Part shown: piece by piece, positions 37,956-50,930 of the stretch | Numbering within the stretch: position 1 is the stretch's first letter | Layout of the letters: every line of letters starts with the position of its first letter | NCBI GenBank assembly: GCA_012026655.1 | Contig: JAAILG010000199.1 | Span: forward strand, 1-64,000 | Direction of reading: 5' to 3' | Length of the DNA: 64,000 bases | From: Hydrolagus affinis | Taxonomy: Eukaryota | Program-made: the position numbers and the translations under genes | Notes under the pieces: model-generated | Database searches by the model: none | The model's input: only the letters and a program-made list of their open reading frames with translations | Told to the model about the DNA's origin: nothing

Positions 37956-38356
37956 GTATCAGGCAGGCTCAGTTGATAGCGCACTACTAACTGGGTCAAA
38001 TAGCTGTAGGTTCAAGTCCCACATCAGGACTTCAGTCCATAGGATAGATGAGCATTCCAGTGCAGTACTGAGAGACCCTTGCAATGTTGGAAGTGCTATC
38101 CTTCAGGTGGAAATATTAACTCAGGCCACATCCACTTGTTCGGGTGTACGTTTATGCAGCCCATCACATATAAAAGAGAAAAGCGTTTTCTTGGTCTCCT
38201 ACCCAATAGATAAATTAGTCAGTCATTCACTTCATGGCTGTTTGTGTAGATTGGCTTCTGTGCTGCTAACAAAAGTATAGTCACTACATTTGATAGCAAT
38301 TATCTGTGAAGCCTTTGAGACCATTTGATGTTATAAATTCTATATCAATAACAAGG
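37956..38356 (+). mobile_element. Ancient full-length DeuSINE (SacSINE1-like)
   Basis: tRNA head (GGCTCAGTTGATAGC..GGTTCAAGTCCCAC), then CCAGTGCAGTACTGAG..TGTTGGAAGTGCTATCCTTCAGGTG, then tail CTGTGAAGCCTTTGAGAC. Confidence 0.75.
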
Positions 38357-38819
38357 ATGTTTGTCTTTTCACACAGAGTCGTAAGGATTGAATTGAGGAG
38401 CACCATTTTTTCTGTTTGGTACCTAACAAAATCTTGCTTATTAGCAGTATAGCATGTTGTTATCCTTTCAAGAGTTACAATGATCATCTGTCTCTTTACA
38501 GTTGCCTCTAAGTTTATTCAGTTGCTATGTTACCTGATATACACACAATCCCCATAGAGAGGACATAAATCAGATCTGTCCACTATTGTGGAAGCTTTCC
38601 GGCTGTTTCTTATTACAGGTACTTTGAGCAAAACCACTTTGTGGTCAGTTATTTGGATCACCTTAGTTTTCCATAACATTTAGCAATTTTATTGATAAAT
38701 ATAAGAGTCTGTTAATGGTTCTCCAAACTCAAGAGCTGTATGAAGCACAACCGAGGATATTATTTCCATTTCAGTAATCAACTATTACCAAAGAGATTGC
38801 AAATACAGTACATAATACA

Positions 38820-38925
38820 TTAATAATAATAATCCACAATAATAATCCATACATTTGATAGAAAACCATTCATGTCAGAGTGCGTCACAGGATATACTGC
38901 AAAGTTCAATGACTGTATTAACAGC
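38820..38925 (-). mobile_element. SINE 3' fragment
   Basis: Duplicated (AAT)nCC tail followed by ACAGGATATACTGCAAAG. Confidence 0.6.
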
Positions 38926-38994
38926 CAAAAAAACTACCGAAAAGTTTGAGAACTGAAGTGCTTGTAACATAATCTGTATTGTGGTTCGTTACTA

Positions 38995-39205
38995 AATAAC
39001 AACCATAAAATTATGTTTTTATAAGCGCCTGTCATGTCAGGAAGATGTCCCAAGGCACTGGACAGACAGTATTTCCGACCTGAGCTGGGGGTAGGGCTTG
39101 GGGAGGGTGGAGGGCAGGTGGAGAAGAAGAGTGATTGAAAACATGGTCAAGAATAGGAACTTGAGGTGGGTCTTGAAGGAGGCAAGGGATGGGGCAAGGC
39201 AATGT
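38995..39205 (-). mobile_element. L2 3' end fragment
   Basis: SLASFKTHLKFLF plus tail GCGCCTGTCATGTCAGGAAGATGTCCCAAGGCAC. Confidence 0.85.
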
Positions 39206-39848
39206 AAACAGCAGTGAACCAAATAGCAAAGCTGACTGTGACATATCTCAGAAGAGTATTTTGTTAGCTTCTGGCCTAGTTATGCTGCAGTTAGAACTCA
39301 GGGGGTCTTTCAAGCTAACAGATAACAGTGAGAAATATAATTACAATCTCACAACTCTTCTCTTTACAGCAAAATGGAATTTAAGAGAAACGTAAACACA
39401 TTGTTGATCTTTGCTTTCATCCTGCACGAGGAGTCTAATTGAAGATCCTGTAGAAATTGCTGAAAGGGATAGCAGTATCTCTGTAGATGGTGTGTTTTCT
39501 TTAACTATCAAATGCTTGTTAAAAGATCCAGAGAGAGCAGAAAATAGGCTTAGAGCATAAAAATCCCAAAGAACCCAGACTAGTACTGAATATTATGGGT
39601 GATGTATATTGTATTACTCTGAACTAGTCTGCCCTCTGTTGGTCTCTGTGTAAAAAGACATAGCAACAGAGCCACTGCAAATACATAATTTCTTCTCTAA
39701 CCCTAGTCTTGTGTTCTATAAAGATTTGGGCATAACATCAGCAACACAAAAAACCCCAATGTTAAATCCACCCGAAGGAAATATCTTTTCCAATATTTGG
39801 GCACATTTGACGAGAATTTCTGGTCAGTAGTTGCAGTTCATTCTGTCC

Positions 39849-40072
39849 AGGTCTCAACACTCTCCTCCTCGACCGTGCCTTTGGTCACCCTCCTCTCCTT
39901 CAAACATTCTGAGACCCAGCCTGGCATGGAGGGTGCTATATAAATGAAAGTTGTTGTTGTTGTTCCCCTCTCCCCTTCACCTTCCCCACTGCTGACCCTC
40001 GGGTCCGAAAAACTGATAGTCCAGATTCTCACAAAGTAAAAGGCGCTATACAAATGTAATTTTGTTGTCGTT
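39849..40072 (+). mobile_element. L2 3' end containing a second L2 tail
   Basis: Two GCTATA(T/C)AAATG..(TTG)n termini, at ~39935-39963 and ~40040-40072. Confidence 0.75.
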
Positions 40073-40409
40073 ATTTGCAGTAAAGTCAACAGCTTTCTGC
40101 AGTCAGTAGTCCCTATCCATCATACATGACATACTCAATGGTTCAAAGCTGATCCCAGGTCCAAGATAAACTCAAATGAAAGGAATCTTGCACAAAATGT
40201 ACTGTGAATTTAATGACACCATTGAGAATCACCTTCAGATTGGATGACCATTGCCATATTTAATCTGCTGAATATTCAAAACAAAACTGTACAATATGTT
40301 GATTGTTAAATGTTATCACACATAGTGCCAAATGATGTTCAAGTAATAATAATCCACTATAGCAACTGATCAGTGTACAGCAACGTCCCACAAACCAGTA
40401 TGATGATAA

Positions 40410-40545
40410 TGCAGCACACCTCCAGCATTGCTGGACTACGAGCACCTTCTCAGACAAGGTGAGATCAAAGCCCTGACATGGGGCCTGAACCCAGAACGAT
40501 CTATTTCAGAGGCATATGTGCTACCAACTGAGCCAGGTTGACACC
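40410..40545 (-). mobile_element. DeuSINE 5' (tRNA head) fragment
   Basis: GTGCTACCAACTGAGCCAGGTTGACAC is the reverse complement of the head seen at 22756. Confidence 0.7.
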
Positions 40546-40664
40546 AAGATATCCCGCTTCAAAGTAACAGAACAGAGTCATGTTTTATAGTGGTCTGGAG
40601 GTGCAAAAGAGAACCTTATGCAAGGAAAGGACTCACCTTTGTGTAACAATTGATATCATCCTTT

Positions 40665-40705
40665 TGTGAAAGGCGCTCCATAAATGTAATGTTGTTGTTG
40701 TTGTT
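40665..40705 (+). mobile_element. L2-type tail stub
   Basis: GTGAAAGGCGCTCCATAAATGTAAT(GTT)n. Confidence 0.7.
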
Positions 40706-41061
40706 TACTTGTTAAACTATGTTATTCACCTCTTGAAGACTTGATGTGATTAACAGTAGCTCATAGTCAATTGCCAATAGGAAACTGCTAGCCAGGATTC
40801 GTGTATTACATTTAACTCACCTTTTAGAAACAGTCAGGCAGTCATGGTAATGGAGAGGCTGCAGCAGTTCAGAATCAAGACATAGGAAACAAGAAACTTA
40901 ATCGCCCTCCAGTGGCAGTATTTGTCTTTACAGGGGATAGTGGAGATATATCCAATCTCATTTATATACAGTACTGGTATTAGTATTTATACAACAATGT
41001 TTAGTGCTATGCAGTTTGTTCTGCATTGGGTTCTGTTTCACTTCAAATGTACCTACTTCCT

Positions 41062-41137
41062 GACTTGTCCAGCACCTTGGCATGTCCTACCGACATGAAA
41101 GGAACTATACCAATTTGATTTGCTATTGTTGTTGTTT
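41062..41137 (+). mobile_element. L2-type tail stub
   Basis: CAGCACCTTGGCATGTCCTACCGACATGAAAGG..(TTG)n. Confidence 0.65.
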
Positions 41138-43437
41138 CCACCAGAGTCCAGAGTGTATTTTTGATAATTACTTAGGGGGATCAGTAATAGGAGTTTATTT
41201 AACAAGGCATCATAGTAAAACAGGGGAAAACAGTCCAAGTAACTATCACTCGCGTGTTCATGCTAAAGATTTTACAACTCTTGCATGACTAATTGTAAGC
41301 ACTCAGTATTGGTCGGTAGGCAAGTCACTTCAAATAGCCCCACAGACTTCACTGAATGAATAAGTCACTTACACAGTGCAACCACTTTAATGTCACTTCC
41401 TTTGTAGTTTTGGGGGCATTTGATTCAAGATCAAATGAATTGTTCTTTCGTGGATATAGTTGGAAATTACTGTTCCCATGTTCAATTCTTTCTTTTAGAT
41501 CTGAATGGCAGAGCGAAGCCTTGATCTCAATAAAAATCAACGCAAGATTAAGATGGTAACATAGAATATATTGCAATCCCCTTGGTTCTTCTTTCTAGTG
41601 TACTACCACTGTCAAACAATACATGGCTATTCGCAGGTACTGGATCATGAATATTAGTTAGAGAAAAATTTAGCAGCCCATTTGGCAAGAGACATTATTG
41701 TCATCTTAAATCAAATGTTTAATGTCATCCTTGTTCAAGAATAAGAAATTCACACCTATGGATGGTCTGATTGCATACGACCACTTTTTCAGACTCGATT
41801 TAGAATGCATCGACAGGAATGAGAATATCTTCAAAAGGTAGACTGTTCTTCAGTATTTTTAAAAGGCATGATTGAATAGAAATAATATTCCTTTCATACG
41901 TACTGCAGCAGAAAATTGAGGATATGCCAGCCTTTGAGACCTATCTTCAATTACCTGCGACAGTATGCATCTTCTCTGTTATGGCTCAAGCAAAAAAAAC
42001 ACACCAAGAAATACTATCCCATTATAGGGGACAAAAAAGAAAGGTTACCTCCTTCAGTTAAATATTTGCTTATTGCAATGTAAAACTGTCACTTGATCTC
42101 TGCAGACAGCCTAATGCTCTCAATTAAACTGGAGATGTAATTTCTCAGATAAGTTTGTACAAACCATGTCAACACATTTAAGCACTTAAAATCACAAGAT
42201 GCAGTGAGAGAAAGGTTAAGTCTTATCACAAAAGCTTGAAGTTTTGTATCATTTTACTGAATTAGAGGAATCAATGTCTCTGGAATTCTGAAAGCTTTAG
42301 CACCAGGTGTCATGGTCTTCTCGTTCCTTATAATGGGATTTCCCATGTAATGGATTCCCCATTATAAAACACAATGAAAAAGGTCATTGTATTTATGTGG
42401 TCATCTTCAGTGCTCTCTAACTTCATCATATGATTGCCTTCAGCACCTCCACAAAGCCCAGGTGTTTTGATGAGCTGCAAGTGAGTGTGATTGATTCATG
42501 ATATGTCATAAAACGTTGAGAGATGAAATTTAAGAATCTTGTAGAGAGAGAGAGAGCGATTGTAACTCAGCCTTATAATGGGGATGAAGTGCATTCATTT
42601 ACCTGCTTTTACAGGAGTAACCTTGACTGATATTAATGATTAGCACTGGAAAACTGACAGAAAAAACCCAGTGAAGTGCTATTTACAATACAGTATATCC
42701 CTTAAAAAAGCTTGCACCTTTGGAATGGTTAATTCAGCATACAGTGTGAAGCCCTACCATTATCTGTTCTTGGTGTTGATTGCACACAGAAATAAACCTG
42801 AGATTTTCGATAACAAGATTGCTTTATAATGTTAAAAGAGATAGCATTAATTTTCCTGCCAGAAATTCAAAAGTTTTTCATAAAATTTGAGCAAACATGA
42901 AACTCAGAAATCCTTTAAAACAGTCTATGGCTAATGTGTGATAGAGTTTTAATTTATAATAAATAATAAGAAAAATAGTTTCATTTAATACAGCGCGTAC
43001 CTTTCACATCATGGATGTCTTAAAGCACTTTATAGAAAAAACTGAGGTGTGTGTGTGTGTGAGATCTCGTCTCACTATTGCCAAATCATGATTCAAGAGA
43101 GAAATGTATTCTGGCAGAAGACATGTTTGTCAGCTGCATTTATGGTTTCAAGTCGGCAATAATTCTGGAGCAGGTTAACCTTTGCGCATCCCAAAGCGAA
43201 TGAGAGTTTGGCATTGTAAAACAACAAGGGTGCAACGAGAAAATCTGAATAAACATATGGAAGCTGGTTCCCTCAGGCTGTTTTCACTGTGTTCAGTGAG
43301 AAGCCAATAAATACACTAATGGTTTGCCTACACATACACTTTACTCTAACAACTGATGAAGCAATTGGAGATCTGTTATGGTGCCGTTTCAAATGCAATT
43401 ACTGTATTATTATTATAATAGCAATTGCAATTGGGTA

Positions 43438-43525
43438 GATAATAATAATCCTTGCATTTTGAGATAGCACTTATCACATCTTCAAGGCGCCTCAAAGCAC
43501 TTCACAGAATATACTGTAAATAGAA
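43438..43525 (-). mobile_element. SINE 3' fragment
   Basis: AATAATAATCCTTGCATTT...CTCAAAGCACTTCACAGAATATACTGTAAA. Confidence 0.8.
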
Positions 43526-44457
43526 TCGACAGACAGTGGTGCAGAGCTAAGGACGCTTAGTGGAGTGTAAACTCAAGGCAGAATTGCTGTTGCTGTCATT
43601 GATCAATACAAACATTCAGATGGCAAATAAGAACATTGATCCTACAACAAAATAACCATACTTCATTGCCATCTACCTGTGCAGCATTTTCCAGGATGGC
43701 ACCACTAAATCTCCCTCCTCGTTAATCCTCTATATCTTCTATTCAAAGCCTCTGTGCGGGCATAGTGAAGGTCATCTTGGCTTCCCATTTGCTGTCTTGG
43801 CTAACAATCCCACAGATAAAAGATTGGTTACTTCCTCTCAGGCTGTTTGTAGGATGCGGCTGTGCACATCAACCTTCAAACATTGATGTACCCACGCACG
43901 TTTTTCCTGGTTGCTGAGAAAATCTGTGAATTATAGTCTGTGAACCAGAAAACAGTTGATATTACTCTTATACCCTGCTGGACTGAAAGGAACTATTAAA
44001 GATCATCACTTTTACAGCTTCTAGAGACAGTGTTCTGCCCACAATAGTATTCATGGACCTTAATTTGTTCCTGCCTCAGTGTGAATTGTGATGTCCAGAG
44101 CCACTGCATGAAAAGATCCCCATGCTTTACAATGATCTTTTGAACCATTGTAAAGATAAAGATATGATTGCAGCCTTGAATTCACATCTGAGGCTTTGTA
44201 AATTCTATGAATTGCACTCATTCTTTTATTAATATGTTTTTATCCCGTTGCTTCAGATTCAGCACAGGAAGCACAAAGGAAACAAACGTTTGGTCTTTCA
44301 TTGAATTGGATGTTTGTTGTTCAATGGAGTTCAGATGGGCAGCAACAGTTTTTTTTTAAAATTAGTCATTTCTTTTGAATTAAAAGAGGCACATTGTGAT
44401 TTACCATCTCAGCTGCAAATACAATACATGGATATGAACAATTGAATCTCTTGTAGC

Positions 44458-45175
44458 TACAACAACAAAACAACAACAACTTTGATTTATATAGCGCCCT
44501 CCATGCGGACGGATGTGGGGAAGGAAAGACAGTTGAGGATCGAACAAGATACCTAGGTTCCTGACTGGCTTGGTGAGGTGGAATGTGCAACCATGGAGGT
44601 TGATGCTGCCGGTGCCTGATGTGTGATGGCGCTGGCATCAGCCAACCAGGAGGGCCTCGATCTTGTTGACTAACAACTGTAGAAAGTTAGCTCTCATCCA
44701 GGACTTGATGTCTGACAGGCAATCTGGCAGGATAGCAGTGGTCCTGGAATCGAGGGTAGAGGCAGAAAGATAGAGTTGGGTGTCATCTGCATACATATGG
44801 AAGTTGACCCAATGTCTGCAGATGATCAATCAATCAAAACTTACATTTATATAGCGCCTTTCTCGTTGAGAGGACGTCCCTCTCGTTATTATGATGACAC
44901 CAAGGGGGAGCATGTAGATATTGAAAAGTAGGGGCTGGCAAAGGACAGAGTCCTGGGGGACACCACAGGTGACAGTTCGGGGGCTGGAGTAGAAGCCTTT
45001 GGTGGCGACAAAGTGTTGACAGTGAGAGAAGTAAGAGTCGAACCAGGCGAGGGAACTTCCATGAAGATTGAGCTGGGAGAAGAGGAGGTGTAGGAGGATG
45101 GAATGGTCGACACTGCTGAATGCAGCAGAGAGGTCAAGGAGGACAAGGAGGCAAAGAGAGCCCTGATCTAACATA
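44458..45175 (-). mobile_element. L2-clade LINE reverse-transcriptase fragment (dead), fused to a 3' tail and interrupted by a 64-bp tail insertion
   Basis: LLVLLDLSAAF..VDHSILL, GVPQDSVL, PLLFNIYMLPLG, FHMYADDTQLYLS and CLSDIKSWM (ORFs 44830..45180 and 44638..44829). Confidence 0.95.
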
Positions 45176-47779
45176 CACATGATGTTAATTTGCTTGTCTA
45201 CCTAGAGGTAGATACTGAAAAATAGGTCAGTTTTTATAAATGATGGATATACTGTTATTTTTCTATGCAAAATCATAGAGGGTTGTAGCATCAGTCATTG
45301 ACATATACCATGCTTGGGACATTTGTGCACTGTACATGAATCTTTGTGGGATGAAAAGCATACAGAATAAACAGCTCTTTATAATTCTAATTTTATCTCA
45401 TTTGTCAGCCAAGCAAGGTTAAATTGATACAGGTTCTATTGAATTGTAGCAGAAATGTGTTTCACCACCAAATGGACTCCACAATGCAGGAAAGAAAGTA
45501 GGATGGCTCACAAGGGACTTTAAGTTATATTTGATAAAGTATTTTGCTGATTTCTGTGTAAATTGAAAATCATATCCAACTTTAGAACAACAAAGCTTCA
45601 AGCCATTTCTAAAGATAAAATATCCTGGTTGCCCAGCCAACTCTATCTGGGTTTTCCCTTACCTAATTCATCATAAAATAATTCTTACAGCTTTAATTCC
45701 CTAGCTTTCCGATTCAAGTGCTTTTACTTACTTCTGTTTTATTCACCTACCTCAGATAAAATCTTTCTGCAGCATTCGATAATCATGTTTTTAACTAGTT
45801 AACATGCTAGCTAATGCAGAATCAATTGATCATATTTGTCGCAATCTTGTGTTTCGACAATTCTAGTACATAAAGGAAGTTCTAAATGAATGAGGATGCC
45901 TAATGTGTAAAGTGTATTTTAGTATGATGCAAATCTTTTGTGCTGCCATCCAATGGAAATTAATGACTTTTGTTTTCTGAAAAAAAGCAAGGTAATTAGT
46001 TTGTTCTTGTGAGATTAAATCGGTAAATTAGCTCTGAAGCTTTTTGCATAAGATCCTTAACTACTGTATAACCAGGTGATCTTTACAGTTACTTTTACAA
46101 GCTGTGTTCAAATTAACGTACACACTACAAAATATCCAATAATTCCCCAAATGATGATTACTTCTGGCCCAGAGTATTATACACACCAATATGAATTAAA
46201 AGTTATATGTGATTGAATGCAAAATGGTGTACTTGTTACATTGTAAACTCTAGCAATGTTTTCATTAAAGCTACTCTGTTCTAAACAAGTTGATGTGCAC
46301 ACTCCTTGTGAGCGAGTCACTTATTTAATGATGGTGATTGCTGTTTAAGTTGCAATTGAGTTGTCCAGATATCAAGATGACTGTTGCATTCCTTTAGCTT
46401 CTCAAACCCAAATGAAATGCTAAACTTCATTGTACTGCAGATTGTTATAAGTACAGACCATCTGTTATTCATCTTAATATTTCTCATTTGTTAAAAAGCC
46501 AAGATAATACATCTTGAAATTCAATTGCAATTCTCTAAAAATGAACAGTCTATTTTTGTACAACGTGATTGGGTTAAGTGCACAACAATTAGAACATTCT
46601 CCCTTCTATGAAATAACAACATGAATAATCATGATGATACATCAGTGGAACCTCACATTTGTAACTCAAAGTCAAAGAATCCGCAAAGATTTTTGAAATG
46701 CAATTTAAAATTGGCAAGACTGCGCATCCAACTGCAACTGACTATTCACAATTTGCTTTCACTTAGTTAATGGTGGTGAAAAAGTGGTAAAGTTAAACAT
46801 GTGGTGGAAATCCCTAAAGTTCTAGCTCGCATTGTATTTATATCATTCATTTTATTATAAACAGTACATTGACAATTATTGAATATTACTTGAAACTTCT
46901 ACGATTTGAACACAAAGACTAAAGTGAAATGTACAGTTCTCGGTCCCGTGTTTAAATAAATTATTGCGTTGATTGGATTGGTTTTGTGTTAGGGAGTGTT
47001 AATGCATTACCCTTTCATTTTGTCCGCTCAACACATTCAGTGTTGGTTGTGCTGCCAGAGCACTTTCAATGAAGCAGAAGATGGTGGTATAAATCATTTA
47101 CATTAAGGCAACACAGAAGCTCAACGCATTGCACTCCAGGGAGTGCCCATAAGGCCAGCTCACAACTTGACAGCGCACAACGTGAAAACCCCCATCCTAA
47201 ACAGTTTTGAGAATACACATCGCTAGCTTTGGACTTTCTGCAGCATCTGTAGAAAACTGCTTTGCAGTATTCTTCATGTAGTGTTTTTCCATTTGTAACC
47301 GTTCACAATAAACACTGCATTATAAAGATGGTGTAAACTATTGATTAGGTTACACTCTGTGTTAAGTACATTGTAAATTTGGTTTATATCCATTCCCATC
47401 TGAAGCAGTGGATTTTCTATTAAAACTATCCAAGTCAGTTGTAAAAATAACTTCCTTTCTGCCTCACGACTTTATTCCTAGCAATGCAAGATATTTCGCA
47501 TCTCTAAACTGTGATTGATATCCATGTTTAATACAACTTGGGGCTTCAGCATACGCATGAATTAGGCCTGTTATTCAGGTCCATTGATTATTTTGTCTCT
47601 GTGCTGGCACTCTCTCAAAAAAATCTGCCCATGCACATACCTTGTACATACGATTGGGTAGCATTCACTGCAACAGACAACAGTGTATTCCAAAACTCAA
47701 CAGCTGAAAGCATGAAAATGTTACTCCTTAAATTTCACTTAGTTTGTGCCTTTCTTCAGTTTATAATCATCTCCCCTAG

Positions 47780-47920
47780 TTCTCCTTCCTCTGTTGTACA
47801 TAAAATGCCTCCCTGTATCCACCTTATCAATCTTCCTCAGAAATGTGAAAACTTGGCTCTCAGTCTCCATAATCTTTTTTCCCCACTGAGAACAAATCAC
47901 AGATTAAGTTTTCTTCACTG
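47780..47920 (-). mobile_element. Degraded CR1 fragment
   Basis: TCCACCTTATCAATCTTCCTCAGAAATGTGAAAAC..GAGAACAA resembles CR1 ORF2 3' region on the antisense strand. Confidence 0.45.
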
Positions 47921-49100
47921 CTGAGTGATATGGAAACGTCTTTGTTTGAACACTTTCCATTTGCCTCCTGCCTCTTTGAAAGTGCACTGACCAAAACCAA
48001 ACATTCCCTGACAAAGCCTCCCTCTGCAATGTTTCATGGAAAGCCACTGGGATCTAAAATGCACGCAGTTTGGACAAACAAGCATAGACAACTCTGCTCA
48101 AATACATACCTTAGCTTTATAATTAACTACTAATAAAAAAAAAATGATTCTATAATCCTATTCATTTGTCAATTACATAATCAAAGGCATGTGTTTGAAC
48201 ATTAGTTGTCCGTTCGCTATTTGCCCACCCCACACTTTGGATTCCATTGTCACTCCCTTTTTCATTTACTTGAATACATCATTTATTATTCTAGACGTTT
48301 TGACAATCAATCCTATACAAAGTGACAGCAGAGCTTCTTGAACTGCAATTATTATCATACCTATTGTAAGAATATTTCTATTTTTACATAACACTCTATG
48401 TATATACTGCCTGGTAGTCGATGGACCAGTTGCTATGACTTCAAGAATCTTTTTCCCTCCAGCCCTCAGAAAGCTCACTTTTCCGTTGTTCTCTAGATGT
48501 CATACATACAGAGTCCTCTTCAGGATAGTTATTGAATATTCACATCAGGGATTCCAGGACTGATTCGTGATACAATCCACAGGTCATAACTCTTAAAATG
48601 TAACCGTTGATGATGACTTTCAAATTCCTGCAGCTACCAATCTATTATCCATTTAGCAACTTTGACTTTATGCACAAATGTATTGCAATGGGCCATATAA
48701 AATGTATCAATCATAGTACCACCATCCTCATAATGTGTTCCATTTCGATGGGACCAACAATATGTTTAATAGCTGTGATGCATCTTCAAAACCCTAAACC
48801 AAGTTACACAAGCCAACTGCTACTCTCCTCAGATTAAATTGCATCCATTACGACAGAGTTCAACATATTCCTGGTGCACATTGTAATTCCCAAGATTGCC
48901 TCTGAACGTTTTTAGAAGATTGCAGTTACATTAGTTACATCTCAGTTTTCCTGTCTGTCCTTGTGTGCAGTCAGCTGTGGAAAGACTTAGCCATCGTGGA
49001 CCATCTGCTGCTTTAAAAATTCTCAGGTCTATTAGAGCCAGACTGGGCATCTCACAAATATTATTTGTTCCATTTATCAAACGACCATTTCATGATTACT

Positions 49101-49400
49101 AACAATAATAATAATCCTTGCATTTGATATGGTGCTTTCCATGTATTTTAGACATGTCAAAACGCTTCACAAATATATATTATAAAGTGAATTGACTGTA
49201 TATTTGTGGGCGAAACATGGCAACCAATTGCGCACAGCAGTGTCCACAAACAGTCGTGGATTGAAGTGGCCAATTTATTATTGTTGTTTTTTTCTTGAAG
49301 GATTATTATCAGGCATTTGGAGTAAGGAAACTTGCCCAAGGTTTTGACTTGCCAGGAATCAAACCCAGATCACTCGCTTGATTGATTTTTTAACCCGCTT
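49101..49400 (-). mobile_element. Near full-length SINE (short subfamily)
   Basis: Tail, body, GGAGTAAGGAAACTTGCCCAAGG and a B-box remnant (GGAATCAAACCC). Confidence 0.88.
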
Positions 49401-49899
49401 CACGAGTTTGATGTACCTTCTGTCTCTCTAGCTACTAAATGGGAAAATTACTGATTATTTCTGTATTGAAAACGGTTCTATAAAAATTATGTACAAGTTC
49501 CACAATACTGCTTCGCTCTATGGCTATTTCAGTTTGATTAACATTAAGAAAGCCCACTCTAGAATTAGTTTTCACACAACCCGTTTAACCTCTCTTAAAC
49601 ATACAATTATATACTGATTTTGAACAATTGAAACAGATCCATGTACATACAGGATAAAGAACACAATTATATAGTTACAAATATGGCACAAGCAGAATCT
49701 ACAGGCATATCACATACTATTATAATGTTTTTTGTTAATGTTGCATTAAATTCCCTATTTCACCACTTTGATTCAACGTGTGTCATCAAGCTTTTATTTT
49801 GTGAATTATAAATGAATTTGTACCCTCTCATACTGTATATGTAAACAATTTTATAAACTTATTTTGTCACATCTACTACTGTTACAACAGTAGTTTCCA

Positions 49900-50130
49900 A
49901 TTTACCTTCCCCAGTTCACCTCGCACATTTCTAAATCAGTCCTCCTCAAACATGCTATATACAATTTTATTACACCTTGCCTCAACTCTAGCCAAAATAT
50001 TGAATTTAATGATAGCACAACTGCTCCCTCAGCTCAAAGCATCCCCTATGTGTATTGAAATTTGCCCTACAGTATTCTTATACCATCATTTTCCCCTTCC
50101 TACTATTATGAGCAAGTTTGATGATTTCCC
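49900..50130 (-). mobile_element. Degraded CR1 3' fragment
   Basis: ACACCTTGCCTCAACTCT..GAATTTAATGATAGCACAACT loosely resembles a CR1 3' end on the antisense strand. Confidence 0.35.
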
Positions 50131-50769
50131 AACTGGCTCCTAATATTGCTGTCTGGTGATATGTCCCGACTCTAACATTTGAAGTTTGCAGTGGTATATT
50201 TGTTTCCTCCAACTGATGGTGATTTGTCTTGGGAATGTGGTTAATATTGACTCATATTGAGTTGGTATATAATGAAGTGATGAAGGCAGCACAATTCACA
50301 AAATGCTGGCTGCTTTGAAGACTTGTTTACTTTAGCGTCAGATTTCAGTGGCACATGAATTACAGCAGAATGATGTTTATTGGAAAATTACACTTCAGTC
50401 ATTTGTTGCCAGTTTTCATTGCCTTTCCATAACTATTATTACATGTGCAATTACTCTACACTTGTACTTAATATAATTTGTACACTGACAATTTCTTCAT
50501 GTATTGACTTGAGTTATATTGACAGCATCTTACATTTCCTTTCTCGAAGATGATTTGGCTTTTAGTTTGCATTACCAAAGTTTGTAAAGATAGCAACAGA
50601 CATTGTGAATCTTATCAACGTGTAATAACATCCAATTTTTAATGTGAAACATAGATTTGGGTCTTTTTCCAATTGCTCAATACATTTTGTTACATCTGTA
50701 CAATACTTATGAATTGTCAATCTCTGGTTAAATTCAATGAAGATTGCATTGCCATTGCACTTATTCAAA

Positions 50770-50930
50770 ATAAGAAGGGAGTTTCTCCTTGTCTGTTGGT
50801 CAACTAATACCCCAAATAAAATTGTGTATTCATTTCAAAACTGTTGTGGGACATTGATGTGCATAAGTCATCTGCTGCTTTGGCTTACCAAATAAAGTCA
50901 GTACAATATAATATTTTCTATGAAGCATTT
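50770..50930 (+). mobile_element. Degraded DeuSINE 3' half
   Basis: GAAGGGAGTTTCTCC..TTGGTCAAC..CTGTTGTGGGACATTGATGTGC. Confidence 0.55.

Noticed and set aside
44125-44155. 10-bp hairpin CTTTACAATG..CATTGTAAAG (and 8-bp stems near 28275 and 36971)
   Set aside because: Short stems like these are expected by chance in 64 kb of AT-rich DNA and are too short for a pre-miRNA
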